From NCBI RefSeq assembly GCF_006345805.1, contig NC_043012.1, positions 21,204,001 through 21,268,000 on the forward strand: 64,000 bases of DNA. Direction: 5' to 3'. Under the pieces are notes generated by a model. That model searched no databases. It saw only the letters and a program-made list of their open reading frames with translations, and was not told the DNA's origin. Every line of letters begins with the position of its first letter. Position 1 is the first letter of the stretch. Positions 11,461 through 25,049 of this stretch are shown here, one piece after another. The position numbers and the translations under genes are program-made. The DNA is from Octopus sinensis (Eukaryota).

Positions 11461-12009
11461 ACTTCAATGCTTAGGACCAGGACTTAGTCAAAAGTAATTA
11501 ATAATGTTTGAACGAAGGGGACATGATTGAGAATGTACCTCTATGTTCTGAATTCAAACCTGACTGCAAAGAACCAACGCTATGAGATGAAAGTGAGGAC
11601 AATGAGGAGAAGAAAGAAGAAGCGTGAAAGGAGAAGGTGTTGTAGGAAGAAAAGGAGGAGAAGGAAGACAATTCAAGAGTTAATCCGATTGAAAACCCAC
11701 TCCCTTCGATGTCTTTAGCCAAACCCACTCCTCTGATGTAAGAATTCGGCTGAAGTTTCCGGTGTGGCAAGGAAAACTTCCTCCTAGCAATCACGGAGGC
11801 ATAGGAAAAGGTCATTGGCGCCACCTACAACTCCTCTAATGAATGCATTTAAAACAATTACAATGAACATAGAAGGTGATGATGATGATGATGATGATGA
11901 TGATGACAGTGTCAATAACGACGATAAACAACGACAATGACGAGGTCAGACTGCAGTAATTAATTCAACAGTAATCAGTAATCTGTCATTCGGTGACCTC
12001 AGACAGTGG

Positions 12010-12019
12010 TGAGGTAGAA

Positions 12020-12052
<33 letters not shown>

Positions 12053-12200
12053 GGTCAAGGAAAGAGAGACTGAGAGTGAAAAGAGAATATGAGAGTCTAA
12101 GAGGAGTAAGAGGTGAAACGGAAGAAAATCAGAGAAACTGATACAGGTGTGTTTATCTCTATCTGGAGAAGCAAAAAAGAAACGGAAAAGGGCGAGACAT

Positions 12201-12233
<33 letters not shown>

Positions 12234-12251
12234 TAGACAGATGGATGGATG

Positions 12252-12341
<90 letters not shown>

Positions 12342-12545
12342 TAGACGGAAACCTGATGTTAAAAGAGAAATTCAAGTATAGGTGTAGACAGAGGAGAGAG
12401 TGAGAGAGAGAGAAAAAGAGGAGAGAGAGAGAGAGAAAGAGTAACAGAGAGAGAAAGAGGAGAGAGGAAGAATTGCAAAGGTAGAGATAAAGCAAAGAGT
12501 GACTAAACCGGAATTGCACACACACACACACACACAACCACACAC
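12010..12545. repeat. Compound GA/GACA/GATA/CA microsatellite
   Basis: Direct reading. Confidence 0.95.
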
Positions 12546-12547
12546 AA

Positions 12548-13600
<1,053 letters not shown>

Positions 13601-13627
13601 TTTATGCATGTTGTATATATACAGCTG

Positions 13628-13750
<123 letters not shown>

Positions 13751-14401
13751 GCGACATACCTTTTTTTTTCCTCTTCATTTGATAATAAGAAATGACACCA
13801 GCTGAATTACAGCATAAACGAGATTTTCCACCCACACTAAACGAATTTGGTTTTTCGTTCAGTTCAGTTCAGAATCAGTAGCTGAGACGGTTTTTAGTGA
13901 AATTTTCAATTATAGTTGACTAGCAATAAATGATACTACGTGGAGCTATATAGAGAGAGATTGTCTTCTCACCGCAGCATCATACATCTAGGATCTTAAG
14001 AGGACTGTTTTGGTTCACAGTTAAATATCGCCATTCTCATTTCTCTGACATTGTTACCGTTTGATGGTTGTTTGTTTGCTTGGTTGGTCGTTTACCAAGA
14101 CAAACAACGATTTGCAGAAAACTCCCAGTCACAGTTGCGACATTTCAGCTCAGTGCAATTACGTGTTTACATAGAATACTCTAACAAATATCGTGTGTGG
14201 ATGTGTGTGTGTATGTATTCATTCGTGCTTATGAATGGGGGCGAGCTATAGACATTTATTTCAAGATTCCTCATAGGAACACACTTACGACAACAACAAC
14301 GACATCAACAACAGCAAAGAAGAAAATTAGAAAAAAAAGTTAAAAACAAAAACAAATGTATATTTGTAGTTTTTACAAAAAGTGTGTGTGTGTGTGTGTG
14401 T

Positions 14402-14798
14402 AGGCGCAGGAGTGGCTTGTGGTAACTAGTTTGCTTACTAACCACATCGTGCCGGGTTCAATCCCACTGCGTGGCACCGTGAGCAAGTATCTTCTACTAT
14501 AGCCTCGGGCCGATAAAAGCCTTATGAGTGGATTTGGTAGACGGAAACTGAAAGAACCCCATGTATATATATATGTATATGTTTGTGTGTCTGTGTTTGT
14601 CCTCCCCCCAGACTACATCGCTTGACAACCAATGCTGGTGTGTTTACGTCCCCATAACTTAGCGGTTTGGCAAAAGAGACCAACAGAATAAGTACTAGGC
14701 TTACAAAGAATAAGTCCTGGAGTCGATTTGTTCGACTAAAGGCGGTGCTCCAGCATGGCCGCAGTCAACTGACTGAAACGAATAAAAGAATAAAAGAA
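14402..14798 (+). mobile_element. SINE B, full length
   Basis: GGCGCAGGAGTGGC head through GACTGAAACGAATAAAAGAATAAAAG tail. Confidence 0.92.
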
Positions 14799-15116
14799 TA
14801 TGTGTGTGTTTGCGTGTATGTGTGTGTGAGTGTGTGTGTGTGTGTATTCACTGTGTACCAGTAATTAAGGAAATTAAAGAATCTTTGAGGAATCTTTGTT
14901 TGACATAAATGATACTTGTTTCTTTGTTCTGTTTTTGTTTTTTCGGTGGTGTGGCAGTAAAATTAGAGGAGCGCTCAAAAATCTTATATAAACGCAGTAT
15001 TGAAGCCGGATGTTTAGGGCAAGTGGAAAGTAGTAATACCTCTATTTACGTGCTGTAGAATTGGAAAATTAACAGTTTGGCGAATACCCACACAGGGTGT
15101 AAATATACCGCTAGTA

Positions 15117-15511
15117 GTGGAGGCGCAATGGCCCAGTGGTTAGGGCAGCGGACTCGCGGTCATAGGATCGTGGTTTCGATTCCCAGACCGGGCGTTGTGA
15201 GTGTTTATTGAGCGAAAACACCTAAAAGCTCCACGATGCTCCGGCAGGGGATGGTGGTGATCCCTGCTGTACTCTTTCACCACAACTTTCTCTCACTCTT
15301 ACTTCCTGTTTCTGTTGTACCTGTACTTCAAAGGGCCGGTCTTGTAACTCTCTGTGTCACGCTGAATATCCCCGAGAACTACGTTAAGGGTACACGTGTC
15401 TGTGGAGTGCTCAGCCACTTACACGTTAATTTCAGGAGCAGGCTGTTCCGTTGATTCGGATCAACCGGAACCCCCGTCGTCGTAACCGACGGAGTGCTTC
15501 CAAAAAAAAAA
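15117..15511 (+). mobile_element. SINE C, full length
   Basis: Nearly identical to 11075-11460; TSD ATACCGCTA at 15105-15113 and 15512-15520. Confidence 0.92.
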
Positions 15512-15650
15512 ATACCGCTATAAAGAGATCTTACAACTTATAAATAAGCGAGATGCATTTCTGCACTGAAGCATACACTGTTTAATGGGATAACGCTTCA
15601 ACTTATCATAGAAGTTGGACGAGATTTTGAGTTTCTAATATCTAATGTTA

Positions 15651-15920
15651 TGGGAAGCACTCCGTCGGTTACGACGATGAGGGTTCCGGTTGATCCGAAT
15701 CAACGGAACAGCCTGCTCGTGAAATTAACGTGTAAGTGGCTGAGCACTCCACAGACACGTGCACCTTTAACGTAGTTCTCGGGGATATTCAGCCGGAGCC
15801 TCGTGGAGCATTTAGGTGTTTTCGCTCAATAAACACTCACAACGCCCGGTCTGGGAATCGAAACCGCGATCCTCCGACCGCGAGTCCGCTGCCCTAACCA
15901 CTGGGCCATTGCGCCTCCAC
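15651..15920 (-). mobile_element. SINE C with internal deletion
   Basis: TSD ATCTAATGTTA at 15640-15650 and 15921-15931; tail-to-tail with 15117-15511. Confidence 0.92.
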
Positions 15921-16586
15921 ATCTAATGTTAATACCATGCTTAAATCTCACTGACGCGCATTTTCCCAATATTTCCGTCAACAAAATAAAACACTAATCA
16001 ATATATTACGGGGAAAGGTCGATGAACTTACATCTTGTTTCTAAAGAAAAGTGTTAATGCTAATCTACGGGGGCGGGTAGATTATGAAAGGAGGAACCGG
16101 TTGATAGAGACAATAAAGGGACGAATACCGATCGAGGGGGTTAAGAGTTTGTCCATTGTGACCAGTATTGTGTTGTGTCCGTGGTCTTCTTTTACCTTTA
16201 GATTTCATCAGCAGAGCAGCGAACGAACGATTTTTCACGTTTTAATTTCATTAGCCAACATTCAGATTTCATTTACTCTTGTATATCCCAAGTTGATTCA
16301 ATCGATATTTGTGACCTTTTAGTAATGTTAAAAATCAATATGCTTCTTGCTCTATATATCTTATCCATGTCAGACAAATAAATTACCTTAAATATATTCA
16401 AATAACATGTTACGACTTAGCGATTTTACTGTCAAGCGAATGAACAATTCTAATGGCAGGAAAACTTAAAAGGACATCACTTCATTGCTTAGCTACTAAG
16501 GCACATTTCCATAGGACAGTTGAGGCCTATAAAGAGGTCTAACTCACCCATTAAATTATTTTATTTGAGGCTGGTTTTGTACCATG

Positions 16587-17856
16587 CGAGGCGCAGACTT
16601 TTAGGAGAAAAAAGAACAATTTCGTACATTGTACAAATTTTATTTATTCAAAATACTCCCCTTGGGAGTCCACACATTTCTCCCAGTGGTTCTGCCACAA
16701 CCGGTAACACCACTTGAATGCCTTCTCTGGAATGCTATGGAGCTCTGCCGTCGCTTTTCTCATAATTTCCTCTCGCGACTCAAACCGCTTCCCTTTCAGC
16801 GTGCCTTGCAGATCGGAGAAGAGCCAGAAGTCACGCGGTGCCAATTCGGGAAAGTATGGAGTCGAACAAGTGGTGTGTTGTTCTTGATCAGCAAAGCTTG
16901 GATTACATGATAATGAGCGAGCGCATTGTCGTGGTGAAGTTGCCAATTCTTCGGCGCCCACATGTCCGGCCGCTATCGATGCTTTTCCAAAGGCGGTGTA
17001 TAGCATCCAGGTAGTAATCCTTCTTGATTGTTTGGTCTTGTGGTGCATATTCATGATGCGCAACACCACAGGAGTCAAAGAAACAGGTCAACATTACCTT
17101 CACATTGTTGCGAACCTGTCGTACATTTTTGGGCCTTGGTGATGAGTGATGCTTCCATTAGGAGGAATGGAACATACCTTATCACAAGTGATGATGGGCT
17201 TCGTGAATTCTGCATCGTGGTTAGCACAGTCCAGCATGTCCTGAGCGGTTTCCTTGCAGAGTTACTTCTGCTGCTCCGCCAGCACCGTGGGAACGAATTT
17301 CACCGATATTCTCCGCATGCATAAATCTTCCGTTAAAATGGAATGCACTAATCCTGTAATTATTCCCACTTCGTAAGCAATTTCCTGGATTGTCCCCCGA
17401 CGATCTTCCATGACTATTCGCCACGTCTTTTCAGTCGACTCCTCGTTTCGGCCTGTGGATGGTCTGCCTGAGCGTACATCGCTCTCCACGGGTGTGTTGC
17501 TGTGTTTGAAGCAGTTGTACAACTCCTTGGTCTCAGGCTTTTGCCATGGTTAAAGACCTGATGGATCTTCTGGGTTGTTTGAGCTTGAGTATCACCAAGC
17601 TTTTGGCAAAACTTGATTCCATATCTCTGCTCGATGCAATCGGTCAATTTGCATGAAAACGAAAACCCGACGAGCGAGCACTACATGCCTGTACTCTGTG
17701 CAAAACAGCCGGAAACTGACGCCGCCTACCGGCGATAAAATTTTCATCCATGCGCAAAAAGGGTACTGTCACCTCCAATCCAAAGAATTTTGTCCACGTG
17801 GCATTAGTTTTGGCGGAGGAAAAAAATGAAGTCGGATAATCTTTAAACGCACCTCC
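16587..17856 (-). mobile_element. Decayed mariner DNA transposon
   Basis: Encloses transposase remnants; degenerate terminal repeats (CGAGGnGC...GACTT) at both ends. Confidence 0.85.
16644..17647 (-). pseudogene. Frameshifted mariner transposase
   Basis: Fragments EQRYGIKFCQKLG, DVRSGRPST, KFVPTVL (WVPR-like), KVMLTCFFDSCGVAHHEY, PYFPELAPRDFWLF (YSPDLAPxD), HWEKCVDSQGEYFE. Confidence 0.93.
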
Positions 17857-18978
17857 AGCATTGTGTAAATAGCAGCGTTGTTGGTTATGATTCTAACTAT
17901 TGATTTGATGAATATCCGATGGTGACTGTCACGGTAGAGTCTCTGTGTAATTTTCGTCGCAAGCTAATTAAAACCTGAACCAATACAACATCATGATTTC
18001 GTTGTTATATTTAACCGCAGAAAAAATGCATCGCTAGACATTATTTAATGATCTTATTCGCAGAATAAATAAATGAAGAAATAAATAAATAAATCGCATT
18101 TCATTAACAATAAAAAACTACAAAAGATATTAAGTCAAAAAAAAAAGAACTTATTAAAATATTTACTCAGTTTAAACAAGAAAAATAAAACAAATAATTT
18201 TTTTTTTTTTTAAATAAATTTTCCAAAAGATAAAAATCTATCTTTCAAACCATTGCAAAAAAGCGAGACAAAAATTCTATAATGACGAATTATTCGGAAT
18301 TGTTCTTAGATAATCCATTATTGTACAATTTTCATATTCAATGATAATGTGCTTAATTCTTACTACATATATTTCAATTCCTTTTTGCGTTTCCCAATTT
18401 CTTCGCTCTCTCTAAATGATTTGAATTTATTTTTTTATTTACTTTTTACTTGTTTCCTCTTTGATTCTTAACTCTTTTAAGTATTTTTTTTTCCGAAGAT
18501 TTCTAAACATTTTTCGAATCGTTGGATGAATTCATTTTTAAATTTGTTTTCTTTATTGTTAGGAAATGTGATGAATTTACTCTGTGAATAAAATCTTTAA
18601 GTAGCGTTTAACACTGTAATTGCTCCGGGGTTAAAAAGTTCGGCCTTGATTTGACCAGCATTGTCTATAGTCTTAATGATTAATTTATCAATAGATGTTG
18701 TATCAGTTTTTTTTTTCGATATAATTACCAGTGATGAATATACGGTGTACCTTCACCGATGCGTCCATTTTATATCATTATCACCAGTATCGAAGTGACT
18801 TCGCGTGTTGTTATACACCGCTGGTCACACTGCGCTTCCAAATTTTCTTAGTTGTGCCCTACTTTTCCATTTTGGCCCAAACCATTTAACTAAATAGTCT
18901 TCCCATCGTTGTGGATGCCTTCTATGTAGCATTTTTTTCAAGTGACATTTCCAGGTGACTACGAACATCTTCAACACA

Positions 18979-18981
<3 letters not shown>

Positions 18982-19028
<47 letters not shown>

Positions 19029-19060
19029 ATTGAATATTGAATATTGAATATTGAATATTG
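18982..19060. repeat. (CT)n followed by (TGAATAT)x5
   Basis: Direct reading. Confidence 0.95.
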
Positions 19061-19098
19061 CAGTCTGTATGTATATATACATACATACAAACATACAT

Positions 19099-19843
19099 GC
19101 CCAAAGAAGTCGCACGACTCTCCTACAACATATCATCAGATGAAAGGATGAACCTATATGAGCAGAAGACTATTCATGGATATGTTAGTAGAAAGCTCGG
19201 AGATGATAGTAACATTGATCATGAAAGCAGTCTATTCATGAACCAATAACCGGATTACTACTTCCCATTTTGAAGGGTATATGTTTGCAATTCAGAAACT
19301 GGAAATATCAACCAAATACCTCATGCCCAAAAGGGACTAAGATGCAGGAAAAGCAGTAAAATGTGACACCCGATGCAGATTTTGTGGGGTTAACACCGAA
19401 GATATCACCCACATCATAAGTAGTTGTCCGAAAACGTCATCACGGCACTATCTATCCATGAGACATAATGTTGTAGCAAGGATACTCTATAATGAAATCC
19501 GTCGAAAGGACAACCTCAAGGACAAAGAAATAAAAACCCACAGTATGGTAGAAGCCATACTTACTCACAATAAAAAGATATACTGTTGGAATGTCCCAGT
19601 AAAAACCTCAATACAATGGAAGCTCAGCAGACCTGATATAATGATTTGAGATAAAGAAGAGAAGCTGTGTACAGTTGTGGAAATTAGTTGCCTAGCGGAC
19701 GTTAACATAAAGCTGAGGAACTATTGAGAAATCTGTAGTTACTCTATCCAGATTACAAGTTCAGGTTTTTAGCTGTAATTATTGGAGACCTGCAATATGT
19801 AACACACTGCCTAAATACCAGTCTTGAGAAATTAGGCCTCTCA
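19099..19843 (+). mobile_element. Non-LTR retrotransposon fragment with zinc knuckle and restriction-like endonuclease (Dong/R4-like)
   Basis: CRFCGVNTEDITHIISSC (CCHC), RHNVVARILY, RPDIMI, VVEISC, YPDYKF; stops and frameshifts; preceded by (TACA)n. Confidence 0.88.
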
Positions 19844-20234
19844 ATATATATATATTTCTGTGTGAGTTAGAGGTTGGTAACCCAACCAACTAAGGGATAG
19901 TATCTATCCAATATACTGCTGGTAGTGTATCCAGTTATTCATACCCAAGTGCTAGTTATTGCGTGGCAAGCTCGCAATTGAGTGTTATATACGGGCGGAT
20001 GTAAAAAGTGGTTTACACTCAATTTATACAGCAAATAAGAAAATGGAGAGGATACAAAAACGACATACATTAGTCGGTTGACATTCTAGTATGCCTATTT
20101 ATTCCAATGTAATAGAACGTATTAGTTGAATACATACACATGTGTTAAGCATGTATTACATGCACATGTACTAATATTACAGAAAAAGGGCAAAAGATCA
20201 GATTTCTCTTTCCTGTAATATTAGTACATGTGCA

Positions 20235-20330
<96 letters not shown>

Positions 20331-20578
20331 TAGATAGACAGATATACACATTTGCCGTATATATATATATATATAATATATGTATACACACGCACACTCA
20401 AATCAACTGGCAGTCAGTACATTTTGAAATCTGATGATTACTACGAACGTATGAAGTACTAATTGAACTTTGTGAACATTACAAAATATATTTCAATGTT
20501 TAACTTCAATATTGTAACAAAAAACATGAAAATCAGACCAAGTTGTAACTTTATTCTATACACATTTACACAAATTCG

Positions 20579-20627
<49 letters not shown>

Positions 20628-20630
<3 letters not shown>

Positions 20631-20807
20631 TATAGTTCAAAATTGCATAGAAGGTCTTGAAACCACCTGATGAATGTCCATTGAAGTGATAAGAAACGAT
20701 CGTAGTGGATATCTTAATTATATTTAATTTATATAAAATTTTTTATGTATTGGATTAAGTCTTTCTTTGTTTGATTTGCATAATAGTGGTTTTGTCTCTA
20801 ATTAATA
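20628..20807 (+). mobile_element. Short element H3 between two (TA)n tracts, carrying a hammerhead
   Basis: (TA)n on both sides; its 3' end (ATAGTGGTTTTGTCTCTAATT) resembles the TA-flanked insert at ~51880-51926. Confidence 0.55.
20663..20708 (+). ncRNA. Minimal type I hammerhead ribozyme motif
   Basis: CCAC-CTGATGA-ATGTCCATTGAAGTGATAA-GAAAC-GATC-GTA-GTGG: stem I CCAC/GTGG, intact CUGAUGA and GAAA, GUA cleavage triplet, palindromic ACGATCGT stem III. Confidence 0.7.
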
Positions 20808-21116
20808 TTATATATATATATATATATGTATGCATGTATATATGTATGTATGTGTGTTTGTATTATATATGTAATAATTAAATTATATCCTGTGCATTTC
20901 ATTACGTTTTGCTATGCGATTGGTTCCCTGGTGCGTGGTGAATTGTTTTCTCCGGAAAACAGTACGTGGTGCCAAAAAGTTTCGGAATCGCTACTAAACG
21001 CAAATAGAGCGGATTGCCATGAACAGTTGGTGTGTTTGTAGGCTGGTCAGTAGGTTGGGAGGGTGCTCAGGTAAGTAAGTAGGTAGGTGGGTGGGTAGGT
21101 AGATAGATAGACAGAC

Positions 21117-21207
<91 letters not shown>

Positions 21208-21575
21208 TAAATAAACTGATTTGGGGAGGTAAAGAGAAGATATGTAACAGCTGTAATGCATCCACCCCCATACGCACTGAATGCATACATACACACAAAT
21301 ACACGTATCTATGTTTGTGTGTGTTTATGTATATAAAAGCATGCAAGCATGTATGTATAAATACAAGCGTTAATATAAGTGTTGTTAAATTATGAAGTTG
21401 TTAGCAACAAACAGTTATGGCCAAAAGTATTCAAAAGTTAACGTGAATTTGTCCAACATGTGGGATGTATAGATCCTTAAGTTACGTCTGCTGAGGTTTA
21501 TTGAATCAAACTATTGGAATAAGCTAAGATAGGAGACACATCGATTCCCAATCAGTTTAGAATGTATAAAGCATA

Positions 21576-21619
<44 letters not shown>

Positions 21620-21620
21620 T

Positions 21621-21670
<50 letters not shown>

Positions 21671-21834
21671 ATGGAACGCCGGATCTTGAAGGAGACAAGT
21701 ATAAACAACACCGTGTGAAGTTGGAGGCTGCCCATGGAGCAGCAACCATTGTGAAAATAATTTAAACACAGAGCAAATAATTCTCGAGACAAAAAATAAC
21801 TCCGTATTATACATATATATATATATATCTGTAT

Positions 21835-21878
<44 letters not shown>

Positions 21879-23725
21879 TGTGTGTGTGTTTATATATATA
21901 TATATATATATATAAACACATACATACTGGTATATTATATATGATATAAAGAAGGGGAGAGAGAGAAAGACAGAGAGTGATATATGTATATATATTTATA
22001 TTAATATGTATATATCTATATGCAGAGTCAGTGTGTATGTATAAACATCTGTTTATATCAGTATGTGTGTGTATGAGTATATGTGCGTGTGTCATTGTAT
22101 AAATATTCATATTCATAAGCATACGTACGTGGGTATGTAAATGTGTATGTATGTGTGTAAGTGTATGTATGTATATATGTATGTATATATGTATGTACGT
22201 ATGTATGTATGTATGTATGTGTGTAAGTGTATATACGTATGTGTGTGTGGGGGGTGTCTAGAGAATCTAACAAACCAGTTATAATAAACTCAAGAATGAC
22301 AGCTGTTGCGGTTGTGACAATGGCTGCTTCTCAGTGAACAATGCCATCAGAAAACAACATGGAGAAACAGTGTAGATGTTATTGACGTTATTTCGTTCAT
22401 CCAGTCGTATTTCATGCGCGTTCGATTTGCGCCAAGGTCAGCTTAACCTTTCAGACTGGTGAGAGTCGGTGAAAAAAAAAAAAAAAAAAAAAAAAACATG
22501 CGGCGATAGAATAGCAAAGCCGAGTTCATCTTTAAAAACCTGCCAACCCTCTCGTCCACTTGTCCTGTCTGATTCCTTCTCTTTCACTCATTTGCTGGAT
22601 TTCGTGCTTTCGCATCAACGACATCATCAAACAAGTACCACTATCATCATCATCATCATCATCATCATCTCATCATCATCATCATCATTTTAGTCGTTGT
22701 CATCGTTTTCCTTCTCATCATTGTCATTAGCCGAATCATCAACCTTACCATTACTAATATCATCACTTGAATCACCATGATGATGATCATCATCATAATC
22801 ACCTCCACTACCACCATCATCATCGTAAAAAAAACGAACAACAATGGCGTATACCAAAACCAAAACCAAAAGCCTTAAGATATTCTGTTCCATCTATCTT
22901 CTTTTGGATCGAATGTTAATTCTATTTGGTGGTCGATGACCTTAGAAATATCAGACAAAATTTTCCCCAACTCAGGACAGATTGAATGGTTAGTTGTTTC
23001 GTTTCCTTTGCTGTTTCTGTTATAACTGTTGTTGTATAGTCTAGCCTTGGGGCATGCCTGATCGATTAGGCCTATACTTACTTGATTGCCGTTGCGGTAG
23101 CGTTCACCCCGGGGTGGGTTGAGCCGGCTCCGACCAACAAGTAGTTTGTATTCGGAGTTTCAGTGAGAACACACGTTTACATGTGAACCGTCACATGCAT
23201 ACACACTTTGAGGTTAAGTGACCCGTAGCAGTTTCTCTTGGCGTCGATGGTCGACCGTGGCAGGGGATTTGCTGACCAAATCACCACCGATTATCGGTCT
23301 ACGATCAAAGACAGCATACCTATAACCTTCTAATCTGTTTCTCAAACATAGTGTATTCCAGATTATATAATGTAAGAGCCAATTGTTGTCCAAAACGAAA
23401 CAGTGTGGGAAATATGACTATTGCTTCTAGAACTGTCGAGTGACCACGTCGAGGCCCATTATTGACTACAGATTAAAACGAACTCGCGACTCAAGCATCA
23501 ATATCCCCAACACCTTAATCACTGGGTCATTTTGCCTCTCCAAGCAAAATCTAGACTAATGGCAAACAGCATAACACACTCTACAACAAAATAAACAGCG
23601 AAATAACTAGGTTAATTAGTCGTGGCAAATTAGATTTCAAAGGCCGATGTGTTCTGTGAACAATTGTATTGTAATTAGTATAATACATATGTAACTATTT
23701 CAGTAATTAGTTGGTGTTTGTGTAG

Positions 23726-23864
23726 CTCCTGTTGTTCAAGGAGGCATAGAGACGGTCAAAGGCCTGGATGTGACCCACAGAGAAAACATTTCGGATAATC
23801 CGTGTATTTATCCTTTTCAAAATTCAGGTATCCAAAACACCTTGACCGATGGTCCAGGTGTGTT
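23726..23864 (+). CDS. Candidate internal coding exon, unknown product
   Basis: Acceptor TTGGTGTTTGTGTAG, donor TT|GTAAGT, open frame PVVQGGIETVKGLDVTHRENISDNPCIYPFQNSGIQNTLTDGPGV in unique sequence; no family recognised. Confidence 0.25.
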
Positions 23865-24028
23865 GTAAGTATCTCGCCTTCTTTTCGGACATGCTGTATC
23901 CGAATGTGACCTGCGCAAAATATTCCGCTTTTTGACGGTAATGATTCAGTTGATATTTAGCTGCTGTTGTTAGAAGGTGGAGTGACCGCATACGGACAAC
24001 CTCACTGACTTATCATTCATTAATATAT

Positions 24029-24459
24029 TCTTTTCTACACTATGCACAAGGCCTAAAATTTTAGGGGACGGAGGCAGTCGATTATATCGATCCCAGTACG
24101 CAACTGGTAGTTAATTTATTGACCTGGAAAGGATGAAAGGCAAAGTCGACCTCGGCGGAATTTGAACTCAGTACGTAAAGACAGCCGAAATACCACTAAG
24201 CATTTCGCCCGGCGTGCTAGCGTTTCTTATTTCTTTACTGCCCACAAGGGGCTAAACACAGAGAGGACAAACAAGGACAGACAAACGGATTAAGTTGATT
24301 ATATCGACCCCAGTGCGTAACTGGTACTTATTTAATCGATCTTGAAAGGATGAAAAGCAAAGTCCACCTCGGCGGAATTTGAACTCAGAACGTAACAGCA
24401 GACGAAATACGGCCACGCATTTCACCCGGCGTGCTAACGTTTCTGCCAGCTCGCCACCT
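24029..24459 (-). mobile_element. SINE A dimer (full A1 + 5'-truncated A2) in one TSD
   Basis: TSD TCATTCATTAATATAT at 24013-24028 and 24460-24475; junction AAAGAAATA|AGAAACG near 24225. Confidence 0.92.
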
Positions 24460-24511
24460 TCATTCATTAATATATGATGCTGGCATGTCTTTTAATCTCC
24501 TTGTATCCTTC

Positions 24512-24536
<25 letters not shown>

Positions 24537-24545
<9 letters not shown>

Positions 24546-24735
24546 AAAGTTTACGAAAATAAACAAAAGACGAAGGCAGGTGGTGTACAAACAAACAAAT
24601 ATATTAGTATAGCGCTCAGGAATAGAAAAAGTCTTTTACGTTTCGAGCCTACGCTCTTCTACAGAAAGGTACACAGCAAAAAACAAGGAGAGAAACAAGA
24701 AGGGGAAAAATGTGTGTAGTAGCTAACGATCTATC
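24537..24735 (-). mobile_element. Element H1, copy 2
   Basis: Homologous to 632-885; (TA)n on the left and (CA)n on the right. Confidence 0.7.
24633..24668 (-). ncRNA. Minimal type I hammerhead motif with variant core CUGUAGA
   Basis: Minus strand CTTT-CTGTAGA-A-GAGC-GTAG-GCTC-GAAAC-GTA-AAAG: stems I and II fully paired. Confidence 0.55.
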
Positions 24736-25049
24736 ATACACACACACACACACACACACTCACTCACACACACCAACACACAACAGTGGTGTGTCAACCA
24801 TTTATAAGCTCCCCTTATGAACCATGAGAGCTGGAAGATTCAACATTTTTAATGTTAAATATTAACGCACATTTATATAATAATAAAAAGTCTAAGGAAA
24901 GTATTCTTTTCCCTTTAAATTATTTAAGCATTCTCGCTATAAAAATTAATTTCTGTTAAATAAAATAGAAACAATTCAATTCTCGACAAACCATTCATTC
25001 TAGCCCTAATTTTTAAGGCAAATTAATTTTTATGCCTTCTTTAAGAAAA

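Noticed and set aside
20428-20455. CTGATGA...GAACGTA hammerhead-like motif
   Set aside because: GAAA incomplete, no stem II, no stem I
21041-21076. CAG|GTAAGT donor
   Set aside because: Lies at the edge of a GTAG/GATA microsatellite, so likely repeat drift
23074-23085. ATACTTACTTG resembling the U1 snRNA 5' end
   Set aside because: No further U1 similarity; it is the reverse complement of a splice-donor-like motif
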